From: an uncultured Eubacteriales bacterium
GTDB taxonomy: Bacteria; Bacillota; Clostridia; Oscillospirales; CAG-382
Length of the DNA stretch: 64,000 bases
Direction of reading: 5' to 3'
Assembly (NCBI GenBank): GCA_934446675.1
Contig: CAKSEL010000002.1
Location: 44,386-108,385, forward strand
In this document: positions 8,481 through 19,400 of the stretch, in pieces
Numbering within the stretch: position 1 is the first letter of the stretch
How the letters are laid out: every line of letters starts with the position of its first letter
The notes under the pieces: model-generated
Database searches by the model: none
What the model was told of the DNA's origin: nothing
Seen by the model: the letters and a program-made list of their open reading frames with translations, nothing else
Program-made: the position numbers and the translations under genes

Positions 8481-8707
8481 TTTCTCTCATAAAACCGGTT
8501 TCGGACACAGCGAAAATGAACAATTACCCCAAAGCCCGCTGTCATAGCCGACTTTTAACGCGCGGCGGTCGGTTGTGCCGCGAGAGCCCGTAAGTTGCTC
8601 GGCTGCTGCATACAGATCTGTTTCATTTTACGCTGCCGCTGCGAAAAGATTGAAATGTAAAAAATTCTGTGATATAATTAAAGTATTAAATCGTATGAGG
8701 TGTTCAT

Positions 8708-9685
8708 ATGTCCCGTATTCAGGTAAAATCAAGCCTTGCTCTTGATACGCTTTGTTTTCTCGAAAAAAGATTGCTGAACGAAACCAAATGGATGAACGAA
8801 AAACAAATCGAAGAAATCAAATATATCAACGCCCTTTTACCGGGAGACTTCGGAAATAATTATATAGGAATGTCAAATATTTGCCTCGTTGTAAGCGCAT
8901 ACTTTGACAGTGATCTTGAATGCCTGACGCTGGACGATCTGATAGATGTATTCGGCAATCCCCGGAAAATCGAAAAAACAGTGAAGGAAAGAATAACGGG
9001 CGGTTTTACGGCATCTTACATATATCCGGTTTTGGATTGGCTGAATGACGGATTTGCCGAACTGTATGCAAAAAAACTGACCGCACTGAAAAACATAGGA
9101 TTTGAGAGCATATACAAAGAACGTATAATGCCTACGGTGCGTACAGAAGCAGAGCAAGTGAGAAGCAAGGTCGCGGCTTATGATTCGGATACATTGTTCC
9201 GGAATATTTCTCTTTTGAAAAAAACATTGACAATTAATTCTGCAAGCATTTATATTTCGTTTTTCAGTGCCCCGACATCATTTACTCTGTACGGCGGCTC
9301 GTTTCTGTGTTTTTACCCTGCCGGAACAGTGGATTTTTACTCAATGATTGCCCACGAGCTTATGCATGGTTTTGCGAGCGAGGAATTGACAAACTTATAT
9401 CGGCGATATGTTGAAAGCAACGAAAAATTAAGAGCTTGCCACCGCGCCTTGATTGAAGATTGGCAATCGGGCGATGAGGAAGAGTTTGTTCTGGCGGCAG
9501 AATATTACCTTTGCTATTTATCGGGAAATTATTCAAAAGAGCTGCTTTTGGAAAAGGCAAATAAAGAATATGGCGGTAATTGCCCTACATCGGCAGAAAT
9601 CTTTAAATTGCTGTTGCAGGAGCCTGAGATTCCCGAAGATTATAACAAATGGTTAATAATGCAGTTTGATAACAATAAACTGTAA
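8708..9685 (+). CDS. Hypothetical protein with HExxH zinc-peptidase-like motif
   Basis: 325-aa ORF with RBS gaggtg. Contains AHELMHGF. Visibly more AT-rich and A/T-ending in codon choice than neighbouring genes. Confidence 0.6.
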   Translation: MSRIQVKSSLALDTLCFLEKRLLNETKWMNEKQIEEIKYINALLPGDFGNNYIGMSNICLVVSAYFDSDLECLTLDDLIDVFGNPRKIEKTVKERITGGFTASYIYPVLDWLNDGFAELYAKKLTALKNIGFESIYKERIMPTVRTEAEQVRSKVAAYDSDTLFRNISLLKKTLTINSASIYISFFSAPTSFTLYGGSFLCFYPAGTVDFYSMIAHELMHGFASEELTNLYRRYVESNEKLRACHRALIEDWQSGDEEEFVLAAEYYLCYLSGNYSKELLLEKANKEYGGNCPTSAEIFKLLLQEPEIPEDYNKWLIMQFDNNKL

Positions 9686-9745
9686 ATTTTAAATTACCGC
9701 TTTGCTGAAATTACCGGCATAAAATAAAGGAGGCGTATTCCCGGC

Positions 9746-10381
9746 ATGACAGGACCTAACCCGGACAAAATTTACCCGAACCAAAACATAAAGCAGGTCG
9801 TATACATAAAAAATGTAATCACACGTCCGAACATTATTGTCGGCGACTATACTTACTACGACGACGTGAACGGCGCCGAGAAGTTTGAAGAGCACGTCAC
9901 GCATCACTACGAATTTATCGGCGACAAGCTTATTATAGGAAAATTCTGCGCCATTGCAAAAGGCATTGAATTTGTCATGAACGGCGCAAATCACAGAATG
10001 AACAGCGTTACGACTTATCCGTTCAACATTATGGGGCACGGCTGGGAAAAATTCACGCCCGAACTCTGCGATCTGCCGCTCAAAGGCGATACGGTCGTCG
10101 GAAACGACGTATGGATAGGACAGAACGTGACAGTCATGCCCGGCGTACATATCGGCGACGGAGCTATCATTGCAGCAAATTCCGTTATAGCCAAAGACGT
10201 TCCGCCTTATTGCATTTTCGGCGGAAATCCGGGCAGGCTGATAAGACAGCGCTTTGATGACGGACTTACCGAATATCTGCTTAAACTTAAATGGTGGGAC
10301 TGGGACTCCGAAAAAATCTTCCGCAACATGGACGCTCTGACAAGCGGCGATTTGGAAAAAATCAAAAACATTAAAGACTGA
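9746..10381 (+). CDS. vat: Vat-family streptogramin A O-acetyltransferase (xenobiotic hexapeptide acyltransferase)
   Basis: 211 aa. Strongly resembles Vat(A-E) proteins: GPNPDKIYPN, GDYTYYDD, NGANHRM, TYPF, GNDVWIG, GDGAIIAANSVI, KWWDW. Confidence 0.8.
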   Translation: MTGPNPDKIYPNQNIKQVVYIKNVITRPNIIVGDYTYYDDVNGAEKFEEHVTHHYEFIGDKLIIGKFCAIAKGIEFVMNGANHRMNSVTTYPFNIMGHGWEKFTPELCDLPLKGDTVVGNDVWIGQNVTVMPGVHIGDGAIIAANSVIAKDVPPYCIFGGNPGRLIRQRFDDGLTEYLLKLKWWDWDSEKIFRNMDALTSGDLEKIKNIKD

Positions 10382-10451
10382 CCAAAAAATATTTACGGGC
10401 ATAAGACCAAACAAACGCGGCGCGGTCTTATCGGCAGGCAAAATCAAAACG

Positions 10452-10476
10452 GCACTTCGGATTGAAGTGCTTTTTC
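10452..10476 (+). terminator. Intrinsic terminator after vat
   Basis: Stem gcacttc/gaagtgc, loop ggatt, then ttttt. Confidence 0.7.
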
Positions 10477-11001
10477 TTTACATTACGGAACTTTCCGGGG
10501 CGGGCTGCTGAGCTTTTTGTATAATATTATTGCTTTATATCAATAAACCGACAAAAAATATAAAAAATACGGACAAAGAGGGCGTCTGCATTTACAACCG
10601 GCACAAAAAATGATAGACTGAAATAAATATAAAATGCCGCCGCAAATGCTTCTGTCCGGGAACATTTTCATACGCAAACATTTTACCAAACCGCCGATAA
10701 TTATACAAATGCGGCAAAAACACAGATAAAACTTACAATATTTTTCCAAAAAGCATTTACAAAACAAAACATATATGCTAAAATTATTAAAGTTGCAGAA
10801 TACGGACATTTCTCATAATTTTTCCGTAAATGATAGTTTTTTCTATGTACAAAACAGGAAAAATGCTTTATAATTATGTACGTAGCAAAAAAAGGCAACT
10901 TAATACAAAATTTCATTCTTAATTTATGTTATTATATCCGGTAGCCGTGGCACGGCGTCCGGTCTTAATAAAAAATATTACAAATTCAGGAGGAGAGAAT
11001 C

Positions 11002-13314
11002 TTGAACAAAATTTTAAAAGCAGCTCTCGCAGCCTCGCTTTCGGTTTTAAGCGTTGCGGCGGCAGTACACACGGGTGCGGCGGCTCTTACTTCGGAAAGC
11101 ACCGAGGACTATTCCGAAATCAGCCTTAACGTTTCGGAACTGTTTGAGGACACAGCGACTACAATGAGCATCTATCCGCTGCGTTACCTCGCAATAGGAA
11201 ATTCCTACCTTTCCCACGGCTGTTTCCCCTACTCCGCAACTCTTACGGGCGGCGAAGGCTGGGTTGACGGTGTATTCGTAGGCTGGAAAAACGATTCAAG
11301 CATTTCAAGCGGTATGGCGGCGTCAGAGCCGTCAAAGGACTACTTCCACAGAATTCAGGCAAGAGTCAAGGAAGGACTTACCGCAGACGGCGTAACGGCT
11401 GAGTTTATCAGCGCAAACAAAAGAAATGCCGCACGTCTTGAAAGGGCGACCGCAGGCACTCCCACAGCGGACACATTTAAAAATAATGTCGATTTTAAAG
11501 GCATTGAATCCGACATTAAAACTTTTAACCCCAACATAATCACAATTCAGCTTTCTGAAAACTGCCAGACAGACACTTCTGCAACACTTGAGCTTTTTTA
11601 CAACACAATTTATGACATGGTTGCCGATACCAAGTCGGAAGACTGTCTTGTTGTATGCATTTCTCCTTTTGGCACCGGCAACAGAACCAACGCCATAAAG
11701 AAATGCGCAGAAGCGCATGGGTTCTATTTTGCGGATCTGTCATGGGTAAAATCACAGGGCAGCGGCGTAAACAACCCCTATCTTGCATACGCTCAGTATC
11801 CGCAGTATGATTTATGGAAAAAGCTTAATTCCGGCGCGGTCGACTTCCGTTCTCACCCCGGCGACAAGGGTATGGCCGCAATAGCAGAAAAAGTTGCAGA
11901 GCAGCTTCTTCCCAACATTCCCGGCACAATCGCGGCAAACACCGTAACTCTTGCAGACAGCATTGCAATTTCCGGTCCCGATTCCATAAGCGCTGCCGCC
12001 GACTACACGGTTGCGGTTTCTCCCGAAGATGCAGACAGCAATATTACATGGACTACTGACAACGAAAAAATTGCAACGGTTGACGAGTCCGGCAAGGTTA
12101 CTCCCGTAAACAACGGCACTGTCACAATTACTGCAAAGGCTGTATACGGCACAGCATCGGGTTCAAAAACAATCACAGTTACCGGTCAGACCGAGCACTT
12201 TAAGCTTACATATGCTGCCGGAACCGCCGATACAGTTACCAATCTTCCCGAAGCCGACGAGTATGCAAAGGGCACATACACCCTCTCGTCCCAGGCTCCC
12301 GTAAGAGCAGGCTACAAGTTCGCAGGCTGGGCGCTTTCCGAAAACGGAGAAACCGTATCACAGCTTGACATAACCGCGGACACGACTGTTTATGCAGTCT
12401 GGGAATTCGCTTATTCCTGGAGCTTCAACACTGACGGATATGCTGAAGGCGTCAGCATGAACGCATTTAACGTAACTGTCAAGGACGGACTTCTCAACGG
12501 TATTTCTTACCTCACGGGTCTTTCCTTCTCCGACGACAATCTTCTCATAAATGCCGCAGATTACAACACCTTCTCATTCACGGCAAAGATAACAAGCACC
12601 GAAAAGGATCAGACCTATACCGTAACTCTCAACACAACAGACGGCAACAAAGAGTTCACGGCAGAGATTCCCGATTCCTCGATGCAGACCTATTCCTTTG
12701 ACATTACGGGACTTACCGGAACAATTACCGGCTTTGTGGTAAAAGCTTCAATGACCGAATGCTCTGCGTCGGTTGACGAAATTGCCTTTGCAAGGAATAC
12801 GACCGCTGTTCTTGAAACCGAAACCTCGATAAGAGTTAAAGATCCTATGGGACTTCGTTTCAAGGCAAGCATCGAAAACTCCGAAAGAGCAGAGGCTGCG
12901 CAGTACGGATTTATCGTTGCACGCACCTCGGCGCTCGGCACAAAGGAACTTAACCATGCCAACATGAAGGCAGGTATTATAAACGCAGTCGAAGGCATTT
13001 CCTACGAACCTGCAACAAATACCGATATTATCTTCGGCAACGCCGACGACAAGACAATCTTTACCGCAGCTCTCATAAACATTCCCGAAAAGAGCTATCT
13101 TGAAAAGCTTTCGGTAAGAGCGTTCGTAAAGATCGGTGACGTATACGCTTACAGCAACGTTTACACCGACACTCTTGCTCAGGCAGCTCAGAGAGTAAAG
13201 GACGAAAACGGCGAGTTGTATCTGGCTAACAAAGAGCTTATAGACAACATTCTTGAAAATGCTGTAAAGTACGATAACGAGTCGGTTATCGACGCGTCAA
13301 AGCTTTACGACTGA
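11002..13314 (+). CDS. Secreted multidomain protein (SGNH-like region, Big_2 Ig-like domain, Listeria/Bacteroides-type repeat, uncharacterised C-terminal modules)
   Basis: TTG start 8 nt after AGGAGG. Signal peptide (LAASLSVLSVAAAVHTGAAA). Big_2-like ITWTTDNEKIATVDESGKVTPVNNGTVTITA. YKFAGWAL...VYAVW repeat. Confidence 0.7.
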   Translation: MNKILKAALAASLSVLSVAAAVHTGAAALTSESTEDYSEISLNVSELFEDTATTMSIYPLRYLAIGNSYLSHGCFPYSATLTGGEGWVDGVFVGWKNDSSISSGMAASEPSKDYFHRIQARVKEGLTADGVTAEFISANKRNAARLERATAGTPTADTFKNNVDFKGIESDIKTFNPNIITIQLSENCQTDTSATLELFYNTIYDMVADTKSEDCLVVCISPFGTGNRTNAIKKCAEAHGFYFADLSWVKSQGSGVNNPYLAYAQYPQYDLWKKLNSGAVDFRSHPGDKGMAAIAEKVAEQLLPNIPGTIAANTVTLADSIAISGPDSISAAADYTVAVSPEDADSNITWTTDNEKIATVDESGKVTPVNNGTVTITAKAVYGTASGSKTITVTGQTEHFKLTYAAGTADTVTNLPEADEYAKGTYTLSSQAPVRAGYKFAGWALSENGETVSQLDITADTTVYAVWEFAYSWSFNTDGYAEGVSMNAFNVTVKDGLLNGISYLTGLSFSDDNLLINAADYNTFSFTAKITSTEKDQTYTVTLNTTDGNKEFTAEIPDSSMQTYSFDITGLTGTITGFVVKASMTECSASVDEIAFARNTTAVLETETSIRVKDPMGLRFKASIENSERAEAAQYGFIVARTSALGTKELNHANMKAGIINAVEGISYEPATNTDIIFGNADDKTIFTAALINIPEKSYLEKLSVRAFVKIGDVYAYSNVYTDTLAQAAQRVKDENGELYLANKELIDNILENAVKYDNESVIDASKLYD

Positions 13315-13364
13315 TACTCTCTTGTACGTAAAACTCAACGTACATAACAACCTAAAAACAACAA

Positions 13365-13407
13365 ATCCTCCGTATGGTCTTAAAAATCACGCGGAGGATA
13401 TTTTTTC
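13365..13407. terminator. Intrinsic terminator (convergent region)
   Basis: Stem atcctccg/cggaggat with a 19-nt loop, followed by tttttt. Confidence 0.6.
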
Positions 13408-13409
13408 GC

Positions 13410-13598
13410 TTATCTGTTCAAAATCCACAGTCCGAAAAGACAAAACGTAATTCCGACAATCTTATTTACCGTAATTGCCTCGCGGTAAAGCAGTGCTCCG
13501 ACAAATATCAGTGCAGCAGATAAAAACGCGCTTTGCACGACAGACGCCGTGCTGACCTGCCAGCCTATCTTATATGCATATATAAATCCGACTTCAAG
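13410..13598 (-). pseudogene. 3' remnant of an EamA/DMT-type transporter gene
   Basis: Only about 62 C-terminal residues are present (two TM helices, ...ITFCLFGLWILNR). The apparent N-terminus of the 78-aa ORF is encoded by a terminator hairpin. Confidence 0.4.
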
Positions 13599-13599
13599 C

Positions 13600-13632
13600 A
13601 CAAAAATATCCGGCACAGTTTTTCCGTGCCGG
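13600..13632 (-). terminator. Intrinsic terminator (copy 1 of a duplicated 31-nt hairpin)
   Basis: ccggcac/gtgccgg stem. aaaaatatccggcacagtttttccgtgccgg is identical to 14357-14387. Confidence 0.65.
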
Positions 13633-13673
13633 GCAAAGAAAAACAAAGTATTAAAATTTAATTACGGCGAATT

Positions 13674-14243
13674 TTACGGAAGCTTTATGTAATTGCCTCT
13701 GCAATCCACAAAATCATCGCCGAAATTTCTGTACGAACCGCTGCTGTCCTTATATGTTCCGCCCCATGGTATATAATTATCGTCATAATCATAAAAGCCG
13801 CTGCCCCATTTGCACCAGTTTCCTTTATGATCTACGAAATCCTCTCCCCAACATCTGTAATTTCCCGAACAATCTACATATATAAAATTGCGCTTTATCA
13901 TGTCTGATCTTTCTTTTTCATATGAAAACTCGTTCTCATCATTATCGCTGCTTTCATCGTCGTTTTCATAGCTTTTTCCCGTACTGTTGTCACTCTTTCC
14001 GTGAATAAAGTTTAATACCATAACAATAAAGCTCGCCACAGAGCATATAATCCGCACCGCTTCATCATGATTTGCGATCCACCTTGTTACCGCATTTCTT
14101 CCGAAAAACAACTCGTAAATTGCTCCGACAAGCCAGATACACCATCTTATCAAATATCCCAGAAAATAGCACCCGACGACGCACAAAATAAGCAAAAGCG
14201 CGGCAAATGCAAAGCCTAACAGAGTTTTAAAAAAATCTTTCAT
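13674..14243 (-). CDS. Membrane protein with C-terminal Cys/aromatic-rich repeats
   Basis: Start taken at MKDFFK. Two or three TM helices, an acidic linker, then the repeated motif G(N/S)YR.(W/F)G(E/D)DFVD.(K/R)GN(W/Y). Confidence 0.6.
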   Translation of the reverse strand: MKDFFKTLLGFAFAALLLILCVVGCYFLGYLIRWCIWLVGAIYELFFGRNAVTRWIANHDEAVRIICSVASFIVMVLNFIHGKSDNSTGKSYENDDESSDNDENEFSYEKERSDMIKRNFIYVDCSGNYRCWGEDFVDHKGNWCKWGSGFYDYDDNYIPWGGTYKDSSGSYRNFGDDFVDCRGNYIKLP

Positions 14244-14353
14244 AATAAATACCTCTAAAATGTTATTTTTCGGCACAAACAACACATTTGTGCTTGTTTA
14301 TGATTAATTATAATCATTTATACGTATTTTGTCAATATAAAATACACAAATCT

Positions 14354-14387
14354 GCAAAAAATATCCGGCACAGTTTTTCCGTGCCGG
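14354..14387 (-). terminator. Intrinsic terminator (copy 2 of the duplicated hairpin)
   Basis: Same hairpin as 13610-13632, with a T-run on the minus strand. Confidence 0.65.
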
Positions 14388-14413
14388 ATACAGCTTAAAT
14401 ATTAAAATTATGT

Positions 14414-15649
14414 TTATTCAGCGGAAGTTTCATTGCCGCCGTCATTTTGAGGCTCCTGAGACGGATTCTGCGCCGCATCTGCCGTCTGAGTACTCTGAGT
14501 ACTCTGCTGCACAGGAACATTCTGAGGTGCCGGGGAAGGCGTGACAGGCGCAGTCTGAACAGGGTTATTGTACGCGGGCTGCACCGGATTCTGCGCATAC
14601 TGATTATACGTCTGAGGTGCGTACACATATGTATTCTGCTGTGTGTTATAAAACTGTCTCATCTTTCCGTTATAGCTGAAGATCAGCACGGCAAAGCAGA
14701 TATTCATGGCACACGCAACAACCGCCTGAAGTGCAGCAATAGGAGCGTATAGCGTTGCAACCGCGCCAATAAGCGAGAATACTGCGGAAATTATAAGAAT
14801 TACCGCAACATATGAGGACGCGAGCGATTTTACGTTTCCGTTTAGTGCCGCGTTTTTCATGCTGTTTATGGTCTTGTTTATCTTTGCAAGAAAGACAATT
14901 TCAAGGGCAAATGCGACTGCAAAAGTTATCATAACCCCGACAATAAAGCCTATTATATACGAATTTGAATAGCTGTAATAGCCATAATAGCTGTCATAGC
15001 TGTTATTGCTTGCGGCAACGGTACCGACGAGTGCAACAATTCCGATTATCTCGACTGACGCGAGCACAATACATGACCACACGAGATTGATGCAGTTGAT
15101 TACTTTTATCATGGTAAGACCGGCGGTCTTTACGGACGGTTGATACTTATTATGCGCCGACGCAAATGTCAGCCAAAGTCCGACCGCGACAAGTATACTC
15201 GGAATAAGCGCGACGGCGGCATAGCCGTTTATTGCAAATCTTATCTGTTCAAAATAGCTCCACAGATAGTAAGACACTCCGAGCTGATCAGCAATTCTGT
15301 ATATGCTGTTTATAAGCTGATTCTGTCCTCCGACAGCATACCAGAAAGAAAGCAGCAGCGAAAGTGTGAAAAGAGACGCGCACACTATAAACAGCGGCGA
15401 CGAACCGAGAGTTTTAAGTATGCCAAACACCGGGTTCTGAGAAGGATTAGTCACATTTGCGTGTCCGGGTGCGTTATTATACGAATAATTGCTGTGATAA
15501 TTATTATAGGAATACACCGGCGCTGTATTATTTACCGGATTCTGAGAATATGCGTTTGAGCCGGTTGTGTTTTGCTTTACGGGAGTTCCGCAGCTGGGAC
15601 AGAAAGATGTGCCGTCGGCAAGCTTTGCGCCGCAATTTGAACAAAACAT
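14414..15649 (-). CDS. Zinc-ribbon domain polytopic membrane protein
   Basis: N-terminal CxxC...CxxC (MFCSNCGAKLADGTSFCPSCG). N/Y/S-rich linker, multiple TM helices, Q/P-rich C-terminal tail. Confidence 0.7.
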   Translation of the reverse strand: MFCSNCGAKLADGTSFCPSCGTPVKQNTTGSNAYSQNPVNNTAPVYSYNNYHSNYSYNNAPGHANVTNPSQNPVFGILKTLGSSPLFIVCASLFTLSLLLSFWYAVGGQNQLINSIYRIADQLGVSYYLWSYFEQIRFAINGYAAVALIPSILVAVGLWLTFASAHNKYQPSVKTAGLTMIKVINCINLVWSCIVLASVEIIGIVALVGTVAASNNSYDSYYGYYSYSNSYIIGFIVGVMITFAVAFALEIVFLAKINKTINSMKNAALNGNVKSLASSYVAVILIISAVFSLIGAVATLYAPIAALQAVVACAMNICFAVLIFSYNGKMRQFYNTQQNTYVYAPQTYNQYAQNPVQPAYNNPVQTAPVTPSPAPQNVPVQQSTQSTQTADAAQNPSQEPQNDGGNETSAE

Positions 15650-15675
15650 TGTTTATTCTCCTTTATTCAGATAAA

Positions 15676-16173
15676 TTATCTTAAAAATCCGAGATTTCTG
15701 ATGATATAAGGCTCTATGGCTTTACCCATGCAGATCTGGAAGAAGCAGATTATCTTGATTACCGCAAGAACTGCAAACGCTATACCGGCAACTATCGGAA
15801 CGATAACCGTCCAGCACAGAAATAGCGTTACTATTGCCATAAGTGCATTTACAACGGTAAATTTAAGTGCCTGTCTGATATGGAAAGACGCATAGGGCGA
15901 ATCCTTTGCCGCAAGAAGCGCGATTATAAGTCCGAACGTGCCGAGAAGGTACGAAAGCATTGATACAACCTTATTATCGGAAATATCTTTAGCGTCAAAT
16001 TCGGCAGTATGGTCATACGGATCGTAAGGCTTTGCATATGCACCGGGTGCATAATTCTGCTGATAGTTCTGATTTGTCTGTGCGCCGACAAAACCGTTCT
16101 GCTTTTCACCGCAGCGTGTGCAGAATTCGGCATTGTCTTCAAGCTGTGCGCCGCATTTTGGACAGTTTTTCAT
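15676..16173 (-). CDS. Zinc-ribbon domain membrane protein (DUF4870-like C-terminus)
   Basis: MKNCPKCGAQLEDNAEFCTRCG, followed by a Q/N/Y-rich linker and 3 TM helices. Confidence 0.7.
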   Translation of the reverse strand: MKNCPKCGAQLEDNAEFCTRCGEKQNGFVGAQTNQNYQQNYAPGAYAKPYDPYDHTAEFDAKDISDNKVVSMLSYLLGTFGLIIALLAAKDSPYASFHIRQALKFTVVNALMAIVTLFLCWTVIVPIVAGIAFAVLAVIKIICFFQICMGKAIEPYIIRNLGFLR

Positions 16174-16430
16174 GATTATTTACCCCTTTTATAATTATTT
16201 TCGAGCCTTATTTACATATCCGGCTCTACATGACTAATTATAACAAGATATGCGCATTATGTCAATATTTCGCGTCAAAAATAAATATATTAAAAGTCCG
16301 CGGCTCAAATCTCTCAGGCACGGCAAAACGTACCGGCAAAAAATACCGAAGCCCTCCGTCAAAGGAAAGCTCCGGTACTCTTATTTTACGGCAAAGTTAT
16401 GAAAAACGGCGCCGTATTATTTGATTTTGC

Positions 16431-19400
16431 TTATTTTTCGAAACGGATATAGTCAATCCAGAATTCACCGGGCACGTTATTGAACGGGTCAACACGGATC
16501 TGCGAGATAGTTCCTGTCCAGTCCTTATGATCGGCAAGATTGAAGGTATATTCGATATACTCGCCGTTTGAAGACTTTTCAAGATCTGCGCGGAAGGTTC
16601 TGGATTCCGCAAGTCCGCCGGCAGAAGACTTAAAGTATACAACAAGCTTGAATTCGCCATTGTTTTCATCAGTCTTATCAACCTGTATCTCATGCTTCAT
16701 GCGGATCTTGAGCGTCTTATAGTTATTTGCCGCAAAGCTGAGAGCCGGTGACGAAAGCGCAGGGTCGTATCTGCCGTTCCAGCCTGTCTGGAGATCGGTG
16801 TCGTTGCCGTAGAAGTTACCTTCGGTTACGGTCGCGGTCGCGGAGGCAATCGTCCAGCCTTCGCTGTCGCCGGGAATATTGAATTCCCACTGATTTTCAA
16901 CGCGGTTATTAAGCTCGTTATAGGTCTTTTCGTCAAGCGTAATAACGTCAAAATAATTCATGCCGTCCTTCTGATAGGTCTTTGTGACAAATCCAAAGGT
17001 CTTTACAAGGAAGTGAATCGGTATCATGGGGATTCCGTCCTCAAGATATACTTCAAATCCGAGTTTCTGAGGTTCGCCGTTTACGGTTACTCTGTCAGAA
17101 CCCATTGTGAATACAACGGTCTTATTATTCTTTACGAGGGTAAGCTTCTTGTTTACCTTATCCCATGTATATGCCGTGCCGAGGCTGTAACCTATGCCGG
17201 TATCCGGGAAGAACGGGATAAGCATATCGTTTTCAACATTTACGGTAGACATTGTAAATGAAGGTTCTCTGCCGTTTATGCAAAGCTTTTCGTTTATATC
17301 TTCGCCAAGGAACTGAATCTTCTCGATTCTGAAACTGTTCTTGGAAGTGATCGGGTCAACGCGGAACGCGGTAATTGTTCCGGTCCATGTTGCAACTGTG
17401 TCAAGCTTTATAAGAACAGGGTTCATGCCCTCCTTTGTAATACGTGCGGAAGTGCCCTTCTTTGCGGTCCATGTCTGATCGGCTTCGGTCTGGAAGTATA
17501 TTTCAACGCTGTCGCCGACAGGGCCGTCAACCCAAACCTTAACCTGTTTTACATCGCTTGCGGAGAATGCGCCGTTAGGCATTTTGCTGCCGAGAATCGG
17601 GTCGGTGTTGGTTGCGGTTCCGACGAGTATATCGCCTTCTGCTTGAACTTCGCAGTTGGCGTTTTCCCAGAGAGCCTGACCGTTAGAGGCGAACTTTTCT
17701 TCAAACACTACCTTGGTAAGTTCGGGAGATTCGTAATAGCCTTCGGGTCTGATAAGCTCGCGGTTAAGAGGATAGAGATGCTCAAGTCTTGCCTGCTGGA
17801 GGTTATCGGGACGCTCATCTGTATGTGCGGTGCCCTTTGTGAATACCTTTCTTACGGTATCTAGATATCCGAATCCGTTAAGTCCTGCGGGCATCATGTA
17901 CGTGCCTTCGCCGTATTCGTTCCAGGTCGAGAGCATTACAAGCTTCTGCTTCCATGCGTCGTCCTTGCCTGTTACTTCAAACTTTCCGAGAGCCTTGTCA
18001 CGTATCCATGTGAGAACCTGCTCCATATTATCTGTTGTAAGCTGACGGTGTCTTGTATATGCCCATGCGATATTATTAAAGCCTGTCGAAACGGTAGGCA
18101 CATTATGAATGATACCGATACCGTTCTTCTGCTGATCGGAAATATTCTGCTGATTTATTTCTGCGGAATATCCGTTTGTACCCCAGTTATATGCGTGAAC
18201 TGCGTCTATACCCATATTATGGAGTCTTGTAAGAGTGCCGGGATTGGAGGAACCTTCGCAAGCCATGATGATTATATCGTCATAGCCCATTTCCTTTACT
18301 CTGGTTCTGAGGTAATCGAACGCTTCCTTTACCTTATCGTCGCCGCCCATGTAGGTCGCAAGGTCTCCGGAGCCGAATATACTCATTATGAGCTTATTAT
18401 CGACTACCATGTATCTCGGATCCGAGAAGAAGTATTCAACCCAGAAATCAACAAAGCACGTCTTAAATTCTTCGAGGTTTCTCGGTTTCCGACCGTTTGC
18501 AGCCTCCCAGAGAAGTGCGAACTTGCCGTACTTATCGCTGTACTTCGCGTTCATGAAACCTTTGAAAAGCGCGTCAGGGGTCGAGCCGTAAAAGGTCTTC
18601 ATCGGCGACTCTGAGGAGTGATACCAGCAGATAAGCTGGAAGTCGATTCCGTGCTCTGCCATGAACTTGATTTCCCAGTCGGCAACTTCCGGGAGTCCTT
18701 CGTCGTACCAGCCGAGAACGGGTTTGTTTTCATCATAGGGAGAGATGTTGTCCCAGCCCCAGTGATAACCGTTTCTCCAGAGGTTGCAGACATTCATACC
18801 TATATAGTAATCGTCTGCGCCTGCCGGAACTTTAGGTTCAGAGGGATAGTTTGTATATTCGGGGATCTTTTCTACTACTATATCGTCTATACGGAGTTTC
18901 TTTCCGCCGTTATCTTCGGAGGAAATATAAATTCCGTCGAGAGTATCTGCCTTGACTGCGAAAGGAATATCCTTTGCAACAGACTTTCCGCTTACCTTGA
19001 TCTCTGCGGTCTGCTTATCGGTGTTTGCGTTTATGCGAACCATGTACCACATATATTCGCTGTATTCACGCAGCTCCTTGCCGTTTGCGTACATCTTGCC
19101 GTCCTTTGTCGTAAAGGAAACAACGGGAGTTCCGCCGCTTGTGAGTGCGATTGTTGCGCCGTCAGCCATTTCGGGATAGAGCATTATGAGCTGCGCTTCG
19201 ATTTCGCCGCTTGACGCCTTAAAGCTCTTTGTGAGAGAAGCCTTGCCGGTCTCGCCGCTGAATACGAATTCGCCGCCGGTTGCCTCAACCTTCATGCTTC
19301 CGCTATGCTCGTTCTTCCAGTCATAAGGAATTACGGAATCTACGATATACTCGTTCACAAGGTAGTTGCAGTACATCTTAAGAGTCGAGATGGAGGTATC

